A stretch of 63,557 bases of DNA, filler included, from Octopus bimaculoides (Eukaryota): assembly GCF_001194135.2 (NCBI RefSeq). It is 4 parts of 4 records of this genome, joined end to end, with 100 filler letters (N's around TTAATTAATTAA, not from the genome) between each part and the next. Parts side by side here need not be neighbours in the genome. Positions count along the whole stretch, not along the records: positions 30,300 to 46,098 come from NC_068985.1; positions 46,199 to 52,379 come from NC_068997.1; 2 more parts are not named here. The stretch is one strand, 5' to 3'. The notes beneath the pieces were generated by a model. It worked only from the letters and a program-made list of their open reading frames with translations. It ran no database searches and was not told where the DNA came from. A program made the translations under genes and the position numbers. Of this stretch, positions 36,241 through 50,570 are shown in pieces (position 1 is the stretch's first letter; the number at the start of each line of letters is the position of its first letter).

Positions 36241-36780
36241 CTCTTACTCTCTTTTACTCTTTGACTTGTTTCTGTCATTTGACTGCGGCCATGCTGGAGC
36301 ACCGCCTTTAATCGAGCAAATCGACCCCGAACTTATTGTTTGTAAGCTTAGTACTTATTCTATCGGACACTTTTGCTGAACCGCTAAGTGACGGGGACAT
36401 AAACACACCAGCATCAGCTGTCAAGGAATGAAAGGGGGACAAACACAGACACAGAAACACANNNNNNNNNNNNNNNNNNNNNNNNNNNNNNNNNNNNNNN
36501 NNNNNNNNNNNNNNNNNNNNNNNNNNNNNNNNNNNNNNNNNNNNNNNNNNNNNNNNNNNNNNNNNNNNNNNNNNNNNNNNNNNNNNNATATATATATATA
36601 TATATATACATATATACGACGGGCTTCTTTCAGTTTCCGTCTACCAAATCCACTCACAAGGCTTTGGTCAGACCGAGGCTCTAGAAGAAGACATTTGCCC
36701 AAGATGCCACGCAGTGGGACTGAACCCGGAACCATGTGGTTTGTAAGTAAGCTACTTACCACACAGCTACTCCTACGCCT
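36241..36780 (-). mobile_element. tRNA-derived SINE, family A, full length with internal microsatellite/gap
   Basis: Reverse complement: GTAGCTGTGTGGTAAG (A box), GGTTCAGTCCC (B box), body, (CA/TA)n, tail ...AAAAGAGTAAG. Confidence 0.9.
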
Positions 36781-37859
36781 ATTCGTTAATTCGTTAATTA
36801 TTGTAGACATTTCTCCTATTCATAGAAGCACATACCTACTCACTCATCAATATACATACGCACGGACTCACATGCATATGTGTGTATGTTTGTGTATATA
36901 TGTATGTATGTACGTGCGTATGTATATATGTATTTACGTATATTTTGGGACAGACAGTCCCATATGTTCCTCTGTATGTATGAGTATCAATTAGTGTTTA
37001 ATTTTGATGTATTAGTTAAGCAAAATGGTTTCTTATTTGCAATTTGTCTATATTTGCACAACGTGAAAGATAACATACCTGCGTGTTTACTTTGTGGAAA
37101 TTAAAGCTTGGAATATTCCTAGGAGGATTACATTCTTGTTCTCTTCATAGGCATTTTGTCGAGATTACGACATGGAAATCCAATCAAAATCTGAGCAGTA
37201 CCGAAATTTAGGGACGTTTTGATGCAAATGACGCGCAAAAGTTTGCCCCTTGTTCTTTCCAATGGCTTTAAGTTACTCACCAGGCAAACAAAATAGGACA
37301 CATTCGCCTATGCAGACATTACTCCTATTCTCACAATAAGCAGGTTATCGATGTTACGCCATCGAAAAAAATCAAAAACTAAGCAGTACCGAAATTTAGG
37401 GACCTTTTAATGTAAAAGACGCGCAAACGGTTGCCCCCCTTTTTTTTCTCCAGTGGTTTTAAATTACTCATACACAATAGAAAACAACTTCCTAGTGTTT
37501 TATACAGCAACAATACACATAAACAGTTGTCATAATTCATCAATCATATACAGATATTTCTCCTATTCACACAAGCACATGTATACACATGGGTCATGAA
37601 GTATAGAGAGACAAATAAACAGACTCAACACTTAATGTACACATTAAAACAAACGAGCCCACGTTTGAAAATATAGAGACATTCGCAAGTACACAGTTCC
37701 AGCCATCTCAATACAACCAATATCCACATACTGATAAGGAAACGCTTGGTACAAGCACATGCTGAAACATTATGTTTACATGCAGTCATTCACGTAAAAG
37801 CGTCTCAACAAAAGCACGAAACAAACTACACACACTTCTCAAAAGTTCAGAGACTGCTT

Positions 37860-38187
37860 AGAAACAATGGTGAAGTGGCGGAGTGGTAGGAGCGATGGTG
37901 GTGCTATTGTTGCTGTTGGGGCTGGTGGTAGTGGTGGTGGTGATGATGGGAGGAGGATGACTAGTGTAATCATGCTCATCAGGAGGAGAAGAAGAAGAAG
38001 AAGANNNNNNNNNNNNNNNNNNNNNNNNNNNNNNTGGTGGTGGCAGCGGCGGCGGTGGTGGTGGTGATGATGGGAGGAGGATGACTAGTGTAATCATGCT
38101 CATCAGGAGGAGAAGAAGAAGAAGAAGAAGAAGAAGAAGAAGAAGAAGAAGAAGAAGAAGAAGAAGAAGAAGAAGAAGAAGAAGAAG
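37860..38187. repeat. Compound (GGT)n/(GAA)n trinucleotide repeats
   Basis: Directly visible; partly duplicated across an N gap. Confidence 0.9.
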
Positions 38188-38954
38188 CTTTATTGGAGTG
38201 CTCTCCTGTATCTTTCATCTCAATGAGATCCACGTTAAAAGAAATATTTGAGAGAAGAGGCTGAACTTCCCAGTTGCATAAACGTAAATCAGCTGTGTTG
38301 GAAAAAATTTCGTTTTTTAAGTTAACCAATTATTTCCTAATGGATATTCATCTTTGATATTTCTAATTTTCATCATTTGAATTTTTATACTTATTAATTA
38401 AATCCTTATTTTTATCGTCTAATGAATTTTCTTTAAATTAGCAATGTTTTTACTTTGCTGCTATCGAAAGTTTATGAAACGGGATCGTAAAATAACGACA
38501 AAAAAAAAATAATAATTACCTGGAATTGAGAACTGAACACCTGATACAAATGACAATAATTTCTCAAAACGAAGATGTACTTATTACAAAACAAAAACAA
38601 TAGAATGAATTTTAATTAGAAACTAAATCAATAATAATTAGAGTACTTGCGATGAATTAGTTGTTCACTTTGCATTTCAGATTTGTAAGTTAATAGGATA
38701 TACTTGGTGTGTGTTATTATGGATGATATACTTGGTGGAAGAAAGAACAAAATGGCGGCTTTGGTATTTACTTACGCTCCTTTATGATTTGTGTATTAAT
38801 AACGCCGAGACGGACTTTGCCTTTAAGTGGTGTTGTTTCTGATACAATCTCCTACAGGTTTGAAAGCGGTGCTTTGGCTTGGCCATAGAATGTTGAGTGA
38901 AATCAGAAAAAGAAAGAAATATTGAAGTATGGAATTATTGTAGTTAATATACAC

Positions 38955-39045
38955 TATTCTTTTATTTATTTCAGTCATTTGACTGCGACCATGCTGGAGC
39001 ACCGCCTTAAGTCGAACAAATCGATCCCAGAGCTTATTTTTTGTT
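38955..39045 (-). mobile_element. SINE family A 3' tail fragment
   Basis: tttcagtcatttgactgcgaccatgctggagcaccgcc matches 36270-36310. Confidence 0.75.
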
Positions 39046-39504
39046 CTAAAATTACCCAAATACGAAGATTTAACACAAAATAACTTCTAAAATACGAAAT
39101 TTTGTCCAAAATGTTCAAAGTAAATCGTGTTCTACGTAAGAAATTCCACCAGTATACGAAGTTTCAAACTGTTTAGTGAAAAAAGAAATTAATTAAAAAA
39201 TCTGTGAGCCAAATTGAACTGATCCGAGAAAACATCTATTTTCACATTATCATCAAAGTATGTCCAATACAATACTAATTATATTGAATAGATCTGAAAA
39301 TCAAGAAATGCTTTCTCACAAACTAAATGGAAATTAAGGATTGAATGTAACAACAGAAAAGACTGCCATAGTAATACAGATCGTGGTAAAAATGGATCTA
39401 GTTCTAACCTAACTACAAACATTGATGGCAGCGGTATTAATGATTTTCGAGTTACGCACAATGTCAGTAGTTTTTTAGGGTGAAGAGTTAGTTGATAACT
39501 TCGA

Positions 39505-39655
39505 TTCCGATACTCATACTTTATTTTACCGGCCTTGAAAGGATTAAATTCCAAGTTGACTCCGGAAGAACATGAAATCTGAACGTAAAGAGCAGGCGGG
39601 AAGAAATATGGCAAGACAAAAGCGTATTTTTCGACGTTCTAATGATTCAGCCCTT
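39505..39655 (-). mobile_element. Degenerate SINE family B
   Basis: Aligns by eye to 31300-31420. Confidence 0.5.
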
Positions 39656-39820
39656 ATGATAGTAATATTTCTAAACCACAAACTTCTTCTACAACTCATC
39701 AAACAAATCTTATCATATTTATCGTATATATATCTCAATAAGCTACCATTTGACAAAAGAGACTACGTCCCACCATATGCAGATGTCGAAACTGAAGCAA
39801 CGTGTGATAAGATTATACAT

Positions 39821-40313
39821 AGGCGCACGAGTGGATGTGTGGTAAGAAGCTTGCTTCCCAACCACATGCTTCAGGGATCAGTCCCACTGCGTGCCACCTT
39901 GGGCAAGTGTCTTCTGCTATAGCCTCGGTCCGAGCAAAGCTTTGCGAGTGGATTTGGTAGACGGAAACTGAAAGAAGCCCGTTGTTTATACATATACATA
40001 TATATATATATATATATNNNNNNNNNNNNNNNNNNNNNNNNNNNNNNNNNNNNNNNNNNNNNNNNNNNNNNNNNNNNNNNNNNNNNNNNNNNNNNNNNNN
40101 NNNNNNNNNNNNAAGTATGTATGTATGTATGTATTTGCGTGTCTGTGTTTGTCCCTACACTATCACTTGACCACCGTAACTTAGCGGTTCGGCAAAAGAG
40201 ACCGAGAGAATAAGCACCAGGCGTACAAAGAATAAGTTCTGGGGTTGACTAGTTCGACTTAAGGCGGTGCTCCAGCATGGCTGCAGACAAATGACTGAAA
40301 CAAATAAAAGAAT
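39821..40313 (+). mobile_element. tRNA-derived SINE, family A, full length
   Basis: GGATGTGTGGTAAG (A box), GGATCAGTCCC (B box), same body and tail as 36241-36780. Confidence 0.9.
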
Positions 40314-41149
40314 ATTTCTCCATTCTTTCAGCCGATACGCTACTCATAGAATTTGATCTTGTATCAAGTGAAGTAAATATTTGTTCTATTGGCACAAGGC
40401 CACTGAGTGAAAAGTATTCCATTTAATCGAAGCCAATATATTCTTGGCATATATTTTATCTGTCTTGAGGGGATGCAAGTTGAAATATCTATCCTGGTAA
40501 AATATTGACACTGGATGTGAAGAGAACAAAGTATTCAGTCCAGTGCCCTGCTGTTTGTGCCATTCAACTATCTTCCAAAACTTGACATAAAAAAAGTTTT
40601 AAATATGAAGAAACGATGCAATGGATCAGTGTCAGGATGTGTAGAACACTGAGTTGGTGAACTGTTAAATTTGCAACTTGGTTCGACTCGTGTAAGTAGA
40701 CGGTCATTAACCGCGATAATATCTATGCGTGTGTATTTGTGTTTATACATAATGCCTATATATATGTGTATACACACACAGCGAGAAAGAGAGAGTGGGG
40801 AGAGAGAGATAGAGAGACAGAGAGAGAGGAGATATGTTACTAGGTTTACACGTATATAAATATGTATGTGTATAATTTTTCTTTGAGTTTTGTTTAAGTT
40901 TTCTTTGAGATAGTTCAAGCAGGTCACCAAGAAAGTTATAAGACTTTTTGAGTTAAGAGATTTCCCGGTGTTTGTAAATACCTCGTTGAGTTGGAGTGCA
41001 AGCTGAACTAATGATATGTGTATGAATGTATGTATGGATGTATGTATGTGTGTGTGTGCTTATGAATGTGTATGTTTATGTATGCATGTATGTATGTATG
41101 TATGTATGTATGTATGTATGTATGTATGTATGGATGTATGTATAGAAAG

Positions 41150-43700
41150 TTGAACAAGGAAGCAGAGAGTTGTAGCTGGTCGAAAATGGCTACTACATTG
41201 GTGTCACCACACAGTCGGATGTAGGTCTCAGTTAAATTAATCAACTATAGTATTTAATTGATGTCTATTTTTTTCACAAGCATGAGTGAAGATATAACTA
41301 TCAACGGTGATAAAATTATTGAGAAACTCATTTGAGACACCCCAGTACTCCTTTACTCTTAAGGTGGAAATACATTCACAATAATAGTGACTATGTATAT
41401 AATTTTCTTATACACACAAGTATTCAAATGAAATAATTATAATTACAAGACATAATATTCTGAAAATCTCTAAATTATCAAGTGCCGGTTGTTTATCCTA
41501 CGAATAAAACTGCTGTGCCGATAACACCCACCGTATGATACATTTGAGCTATATTAGAATTGTGACCATCACCTTTCTTCAAAAGAAACAATAAAGAAGC
41601 TGTTAAATTCAGTAAATTCATAAATATGAAATCTCAGTTTATATTAATACAAAATAATATAACGATAGATATTTAGACTGACAGTTATTCGTTATTTTCC
41701 AAGAACGAATTTTATCACTAGGTGGGTTTTATCACAGTGTTTAGGTAAATGGTCTCTTTGCTATGGTGACGAATTAAAGAGAGAAAATATTCTGAAATAC
41801 TTTCATCGGTGGGGGAAACTGGTGTAAGTTGAAAGTATTATTGAGACCTGGAATTAGTTTAGAGATTGAAAGGCCTGACTAAGGTCAAAATTATCGTGAG
41901 AGATGAAGCAGTCGTTTTTTTCTGAGCCACCACCTTTTCGATCGTATGTAATTTCGTACGTAGACATTTTTCAAATAGCACAGAATCCCCTTTGTAAACG
42001 ATAGCTATCATCTGATCGTGTATGGTTGTTTTATATGGACAGAAATGATTAAGATATACCAGAGGGAGAACGTCCTCTTAAGCCATATGCTATCACTTCT
42101 CTCATCGGTAGCAGATGACATAAGAGAGAGAATAAAACTGAGCACTCCCTTTATAATATCTTCACATAGCGGTTCCCGTATATTCTTTGACTCTGAAGTT
42201 AACAATATCTAGTAATGTATATGATTGACCGGCCAGCATTGTATATTATCTCCGTATATTTTCATACATTGAACATGGCTGAGAATTATCACCAAAAGCA
42301 TTCTAGCAGTTATCATTACTTCCCAAACATTTTCCAGTACAACTCTTATTATTTTTAAAAGATATTTTAAACTGTGGAGAGATATTTTTCGCAGGTCTAA
42401 TGAACATATTGAGTCCTTCTCATAGGCTCGATAACCTCTAGCATTGAACAAAGGTCCTATTGAACAAAGGTCCTATTGAACAAAGGTCCTCGTTTGTTTA
42501 TAAACTATGCATCTGCGTGAATTGAGCTCTATAATCAGTGTGGAGAACAACGGAAATATTGACAAGAGAGAAGACTTTTTTGAGACCGAGAATAACAGTT
42601 TCAGAAGCGATACCAGTAGAAGACAAAGTAAAGTTTTCATGTGAGTATTCATTATATGTCATTAGAAATAACTAAATTAAGACACCGTGCTCAATTTACA
42701 ACATTCCATAAGGTACGACTAATTGATTGTAAACTTCTGGGTTTTATTTCGTAGCCTTTTTGGCAATAATAACCAATATTTTAAACATCGCTATAAGAAA
42801 ATGTAAGATTTATTGGTTTTACATTACGCAGCAGTATTCTTTGCACCTGGATGAAGTAATTTATCGTGCATACAATGAATAAAAGTGTAATCTCTTTGAG
42901 AATAGTACATTGGAGAACAAAGATTAGCGCACACATTATCACATGCTAGACGATGTAGAAACTATATGAAGGTAGTTCAATCCTTTAAAGTATGAGACTA
43001 TTGTTTTTTTCTTTTTCTTTTGCATTTATGCAATTTATCACATAATATTTTGTTGCTTTCTTTAATGAAGATAATGTGTCTCCCAACTGAATTTTGATAT
43101 TGTTTATTATATACAGAACAGAACAATATTTTATTGAAAGTCTGTATTATCAGAAAGATACCAGAGACGTAGGCTGTAATATTCAATTAACCCAGAGATT
43201 GCTGCTGCCACCTACAGCTGCTTTTGTAGTAACAGATGTAGAGATAGAAAGCGTTTACTACGAAATAGAAGAGGGCGTAGATTCCCTTTAAATGGAGAGA
43301 ATGGCTTCATAGTTTATATATTTTTTCTGTAATTGTTATGGGTTATGGAGGTCTTCTAATGAGTGAGAGAGCATTTGAAATAATATTTGCACATAATTTT
43401 GTTTTCTTTTTAAATGCCATGGTGGTTGAAGGCAACGCCATTTCACCCTTATAATGGGCTCTTTAGTACAACATAACTGGAGATCATGGAATTAATTTGT
43501 CTATATTCATTTAAATCCTTTAAGAATTATATTGATCGATATTTTTTCTTACTCTGTTAACAGTGGAGAAAGGTAGAGAAGAGATAGAGGCAGGAAAATG
43601 AAAGCCTCACAGTCATTTAAAATTATACTTATACTTAAGTATGATCTATATTTCTATTTTCTTTACTCTTAGTAGTGGAGGATAGTTAAAGAGGCAAAGA
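41150..43700 (+). pseudogene. Possible heavily decayed cadherin-repeat (protocadherin-like) sequence
   Basis: Scattered + strand peptides resembling the cadherin repeat consensus: FETPQYSFTLKVE (41331), KVKIIVRDE (~41881), DIPEG (42053), ITVSEAIPV (42592), VTDVEIESVYYEIEEG / FPLNGENGFIV (43229/43282), GDHGIN (43479). No long ORF; by-eye match only. Confidence 0.35.
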
Positions 43701-44479
43701 GATTTAGTGATAGGAAGAAGGAAAATCTTTGACGTGTTTATGTTTTTATTCTGGAAGTTTCAGAAATGTTATTTCTCCTTTTTTTTCGTTCCTCCAGTAC
43801 TTAATCGCTTTGTTTTATAGTTCTCCACAAACTACATACAGGCCCCTCTGTGTTTCTTTCGGATGCGAATGTGGGATCACTGGTTGTATTGCCATGCTGC
43901 TTATCAAGTCGGGATGACTTCGAATTGATTTCCAATATATTTCATCTCGCTATGGCAGCATGGCATCAGTTTTGTTAGTAGCATTTTAAAAACATTTAGG
44001 GGATAGCATATTACTAGTGTTCAGAATTATTGTGAGCTTTACAAAACAACGAGCGAAAGCATATTTTTCATACGACAGACTTATATTAACGTATATTGCA
44101 AGTAATAAAACCCCTATGAATTTGTGTCGTGTTAACATGTACAATAATTCAATCTAAACATGTGTAAGTAGTGTTAATGTCATTCTGTCATTCTGTTAGA
44201 CAATATGATTTGTCGTTCGTGGAAATCCTGCCACGGCTTTTGTTAGTTCAAATAGAATATTTGTATAATAATAAACTTATCGTAAGGCTTCAAAAGCTAT
44301 ATAAGGATGTCTTTAAATTCAGTGTTAATTGATAAGAGACATGAATCAAACCGATCATAATAAATTATGAATTCTGAGATATAGTAAACATACGAAGTGT
44401 ATCATATTCGAATAATTTTAACACCCCAGCCATAAGTACTAAACGAAGAAGAGTATATTTGCTAGGAGCAGGTGAGAAA

Positions 44480-45330
44480 TGGATGACAGGGTATCCTTTG
44501 TGATGTTGGTAGTTTGCGGAGCTGTCAAGTGTGATTTAATCGATTCCACGATGCCTTATTTGATTAGGGAATTTATCTCATGTCTGAGGAGTTTATAGTG
44601 GCCCACACAATATCTTTGGTTTTCAAGTAACAACATGGTTGACATCGAGAATCAAATTAGTGATGAGTCTTACTGGTTGAATTTTCAAGGAAACCAATTT
44701 CCCAGAACGACAGGGAATTGACTACCAGTATACTTAAATTCAAACGAAGTATGCTAGAAAATAAAATTCTGCTGAGATATTAAATCAGAGCAGAGACTAT
44801 AAATAAGCATTAACATTTCCAGTTTTTTTATACTCACCCACCATATTGATGTCAACTTCACAGATAATTCTAATTTGAGAACTAAATTGTGCTGATGCGA
44901 ACAAAACGTTACTTCTAAATAGTTAAAGGACTAAGCTATTTTTCTTTGTAAGATCAGCTCAGATAAAACTAAACTTGTTTCTGAAACATCGTTAATAGAA
45001 ATAGTAATGGGTGCATACGACAAACGATTTTACAATAAAACAAAAAGGATAACTGCATATAAGACTGTGTTATTGGCGGATATCCTGCTTTCACTTCACA
45101 CATGTCTGATTACATGAAATCATTTGCTGCATGTGCATATTCTCACACAACATATGCTTCTTTGTCTATAAATCAATTTTGTTTATACAGAACATATTAC
45201 ATCTTACTAGTACACCGGATGAAGCTATCGATCAATGGTATTGCGCGAATACTAAAGATATAAATGCGTTCAAAATGAAAGGAAGCTTTAACTATGCAAC
45301 TGTTTACTTACTAATGAGTTTTAAATAACA
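44480..45330 (+). pseudogene. Possible decayed protocadherin-like N-terminal region (EC1-EC2)
   Basis: Hydrophobic leader, then YLMSEEFIVAHTIS (44574), TTG/ELTT (~44712), IDVNFTDNSN (44845), VSETSLIEIVMGAYDKRFYN (44977), RTYYILLV (45189), TKDIN (45251), in the expected order; by-eye match only. Confidence 0.35.
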
Positions 45331-45389
45331 ATGGAAACATGACAATGAATCTAAAGTGCATTTTCCATGCGTGATAGCGTGGTAATATG

Positions 45390-45434
<45 letters not shown>

Positions 45435-46396
45435 ACCGGATAAAAAGTGGTAGGATAGAGCCATTATAAATAGATCAGTAGCCGGTCGTCAAGATAGGTT
45501 CGGGATTCGAAGAGCTGAGAGTCAACTGTTCAGGTTGGGCACTTGTGAAGCTATCAGCGATAGTAAGACACGCGGTAGTGTATTATTATTCCAGTACAAA
45601 GAGATACAACAGTATCTCATGAATAGTAACTATTGTGGCTACTAGCGTAAAACAGCAACTACAATACAACGGCAGTCACACATCACACCAGTGGAAGGAA
45701 CCCACTTTATAACATGCACAGACACGCATATGTATATATATTTATATACATACATACATACATACATACATACATACATACTTATATACATATATATATA
45801 TATAGATATGCAGGGCAGGGAATCATCAATTAGTAATAAAATTAATAATTAACGATTCTGCCGGGTAGCTCAGTATGAAAAAAACCTTTTTCGGTAAAAT
45901 TTATAATCATAAATATATAGGGATTGACAGTAACCTGCTTCTCCAACATACTGAGAATTCAGAAATAGCAGTCAAAGAACTACTGATTTCAAAACTACAA
46001 ATTATTACTCCAGATTGATAGCGATATTTTTGATACACACAGAACAAAAAACAATAGAGAAGAGTAAATATATATATATATATATATACCGGAGTAAGNN
46101 NNNNNNNNNNNNNNNNNNNNNNNNNNNNNNNNNNNNNNNNNNTTAATTAATTAANNNNNNNNNNNNNNNNNNNNNNNNNNNNNNNNNNNNNNNNNNNNAT
46201 ATACATACACTCGCACACACACATACATATATGCATACATACACACGTACAAGCAGAGCCACATACATACACACGTTAAGAAGCACCAATGCATGAATCA
46301 TGCAGCGACATAAACAAACAGAGCATACGTAATTAGACGCTAAAATAATCTTATCCATGCGAATTATCACTGACCTGATTACACTGATATATGAGT

Positions 46397-46444
<48 letters not shown>

Positions 46445-46492
46445 GCGTGTGTATGTGTGCTCGTGTATATAAATAATGGTGATATCATTATA

Positions 46493-47420
<928 letters not shown>

Positions 47421-47909
47421 TAGATGTCTAGTTAACAAAAACAATGCAGATATATAAGGGTACTAAGTGGCTCCAGTTTTGCTAAAAATAGGAGTCTGAA
47501 TTGACTCAATGAGCCACAAGCGCTGAAAGTCAACAACCTGAGAAATCGGGGAAACGAAAAAAATAACCAACGTATCAAGACGATAGACAATCGGAAATGA
47601 GAATGCAGATATATCTACATCATGTGATTTCAATCTCTGAGATAGTCTTGTGAGATCTCCTCAGTGAGTCTTGCTGCTTGGGAATAAACTGTTACTCGCC
47701 CCGTACAAGCATGTTAAAACCGTTCAGTAGCTAAATATATATAGTATATGTAGAAAACTTAGATAAAAGTGAGATACGTTTCGACCAAAATTGATCCAGG
47801 CTGTGTCTAACTTAATAGCACCACCTAATAGGATTATCTAAATCCTTTTAAAGTCAAGTTTTGTGGTATCATGGTCCATTGGATTAAGGATTTCTTGGTG
47901 AGCGAGTTG

Positions 47910-49125
47910 TATCCAGGTATAGGTGGCTTATCAGGTATTTCTTGCAGAAATTTGTCCAGATTCCGTTTAAAGGAGATAGGATCTTTTTCCTCTTTGATCT
48001 ATTTCGGGACAATTTTAAATAGGGCAGCGCCTGTTAAGGAAAAGAAATTGTGCTGTAATGTATTTATGTGCTGTGATACTAAATTGGGTAAGGAACGTAT
48101 GATCCGTGGTCCTACCTAGCGTTGGATGAATTCTGAAGTTAATGTTGAGGTCGTAGTATACGAAGTGCGGCCATAGAAATGAGGAGAAAAGTGTAATGAT
48201 GACACCTTGTTCTCTGGACAGGAAAGCTTTTAGGATCTAAGAGCTCATCCTGCGAGCTATATCGAAATTATTGTTGATGTGGGCACTCCAACTGAGGTTG
48301 TTATCAACTATTACTCTTAGGTCTCTGATATTATTAGATGGTGTGAGAAGTTTCCCTAAAGGAAAAGAGTATGATTGTTTTAGTATAGTCTTTTTACCAA
48401 AATGCATCAGTTCAAGTTTTCCCTCATTTAGTTGCATTTTGTTTTTGTCTGCACATTGACTTACCGCATGTAGATCAGACTGGAGTTGAGTTCGGTCTTC
48501 TTTGTGACTTTTGCTGGGCTTGAGTTGACTCCATCGACCACAACATGTGTTCTGTTCGCCAGGAAATACTCAATCCAATGTAGAAGTTTTCCACGGATCC
48601 CAAAATTTGCCAATTTTGAGAGTAAGATATTATGGTCAACTCAATCGAATACTTTACTGAAGTCAAAATATATGTCATCAGATTTCGAACCTGATCCCAA
48701 GGCTTTAATTATGTCATCGATATGGTGTAAGAGCTGTGTTAGTCTCTGCCACAGCGAAAGCCATGCCGATTTGAATTTAGGAGTTTGTGGTTCTCCAGGA
48801 AGCCAGCTACCCTTTATCTTACCACTCTTTCAAACATTTTAATGATATGGGACCTGAGTGAGATTGTGCGATAGTTGACTGCAAGGGATCTGTGTCGCTG
48901 TTTGAAAACCGGGATGATAAACTGGGATAGGAGCTGTTTCAGTATATAACGTGAGTCTAAAGAATTTCTCCAAAGTTTGGTCAGAGGGATTGCAAGTTTG
49001 TGTCTACATTCCTTCAGAACACTGGCGGGGAATCTATCAGGGCTTATAGCAGAATAGTATTTGACCTCATTAATTGCTGCTACGATGTCTGGAATCAATA
49101 CACGTAATTTTGGTAATGTGTTCAT
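47910..49125 (-). mobile_element. Decayed CR1-clade RT fragment
   Basis: PDRFPASVLKEC...LWRNSLD...IIPVFK...NYRTISLRSHIIKMFERVVR, NPNRHGFRCGR, RDLRVIVDNNLSWSAHI. Confidence 0.85.
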
Positions 49126-49439
49126 AGAAGGAATTAACCAATTTGTAGCTTTTCTAAATTTAGATCACATTTAAATATATCTCAATTATATGTAATTTGT
49201 TAAATAAACTACTGTTCCTTTATTACATGAAATATCAAAGCAAAAATGAATATTACTCTTTTCATGTCGTCTATAAGTTATCCTCAGCACTTGCGAGGCA
49301 TTTTTGCACTGAGAATTGTAGTAAAGAGTTGTAGTAAAGAGTTCTTATTGATTTTGGCTTTGAAGTACTCACTCGAGGAGATGGTATTCTCTTCCAAAGT
49401 GAGTAAAAAAAGCCTCACCAGCTACGGTATTAAAAGCTG

Positions 49440-50570
49440 TTAACGAAATTGGTGACGAGTATTTACAACATTGTGATGAACCCACATACTGGCAGCTTAA
49501 CACCTGGTCTATATGCTCTGGCTACTACTGTAAAACAGTACATAAAATAACAAAGAAAGTACCATCATGGGTTTTGAAGACAGAGAAACAGATAACTGGT
49601 TTAGGGAAGACCATCAGTCATGTAATGATGCTTGTCGTATGCAAACAAGCAAATCACTATACGTCCCAGCAGCAGAAAGTAAAGAAGGAGATAGAAATGA
49701 TGTTTGGAGACAGCAAAAGGAGGACACACACTTGCAAACTGATTACCCTAAAGCAGGAGCTAAAAGCTGTCAGTGAAAAACTCAGACATCAGATGAGAAT
49801 AACCGAGAGAACAATCAATAAAAAATTTTACCGAAACCAGGCTGCAGTATACAGAAACATAAGTGGAGGCGCAGTAAACGTCACGGAAGCTCCTTCATGA
49901 GAATACATAGACTCCTTCTGGAAGAAAATCTGGAGTGAAGAGAAAGAATTTAACCAAGATGCCCTCTGGCTGGAAGAAATCCGAAGAAGTTATTGCTCTT
50001 GCGTTAGATCCAAGACATACAAAATTGATGGTGAAACTCTTGCAACTGTAATCCAGAAACTCCAGAATGGAAAAGCATCTGAATGAGACTTGATTGTTGG
50101 ATATTGATACAAGAATCTTATATTCTACCGACCATGTCTTATCAATCTGTACCAGTAAGCTTTCATTGGGAATAGTAGCATACCAAGCTGGTTAGCTTTG
50201 GCTGAGACAAAATTGATCTCTTAATGTAGAAACACCCACATCGCAAGAAACTACCGGTCAATTACAAGCCATCACATAATGAATAAGATATATACAACAT
50301 GTTTAAACCGCTTCCTCTAGGACCATTGTGAAACCAATAACATTATCACATCAGAACAAGCAGCTGGGAAGGAGGGAATCTGGGGATGTGCCGAGTAATT
50401 GTCAATCAACAAAACTGTGATGTTGGAGGTGCGAAAGCATAGGGGGAATCTACTTTCAATGTGGCTAGACTACAAGAAAGCCTTTGACTCTGTTCCCCAC
50501 TCATGGAATTCCAGAAGCCCTTCAACTCGCTATAGTTCCAGTGAGAATAGTCAAAGCCATAGCTGACCTG
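49440..50570 (+). mobile_element. Decayed R4/Dong-type fragment (pre-RT region and RT N-half)
   Basis: KLITLKQELKAVSEKLR...FWKKIWS, NYRSIT, EQAAGKEGIWGC...INKTVM...WLDYKKAFDSVPHSW. Confidence 0.85.

Noticed and set aside
39821-39900. tRNA genes at SINE heads
   Set aside because: A and B boxes are present but continue into SINE bodies; no complete cloverleaf seen.
47820-47905. Tiny + strand CR1-like peptide (GIMVHWIKDFL)
   Set aside because: Too short to call; needs a profile search.
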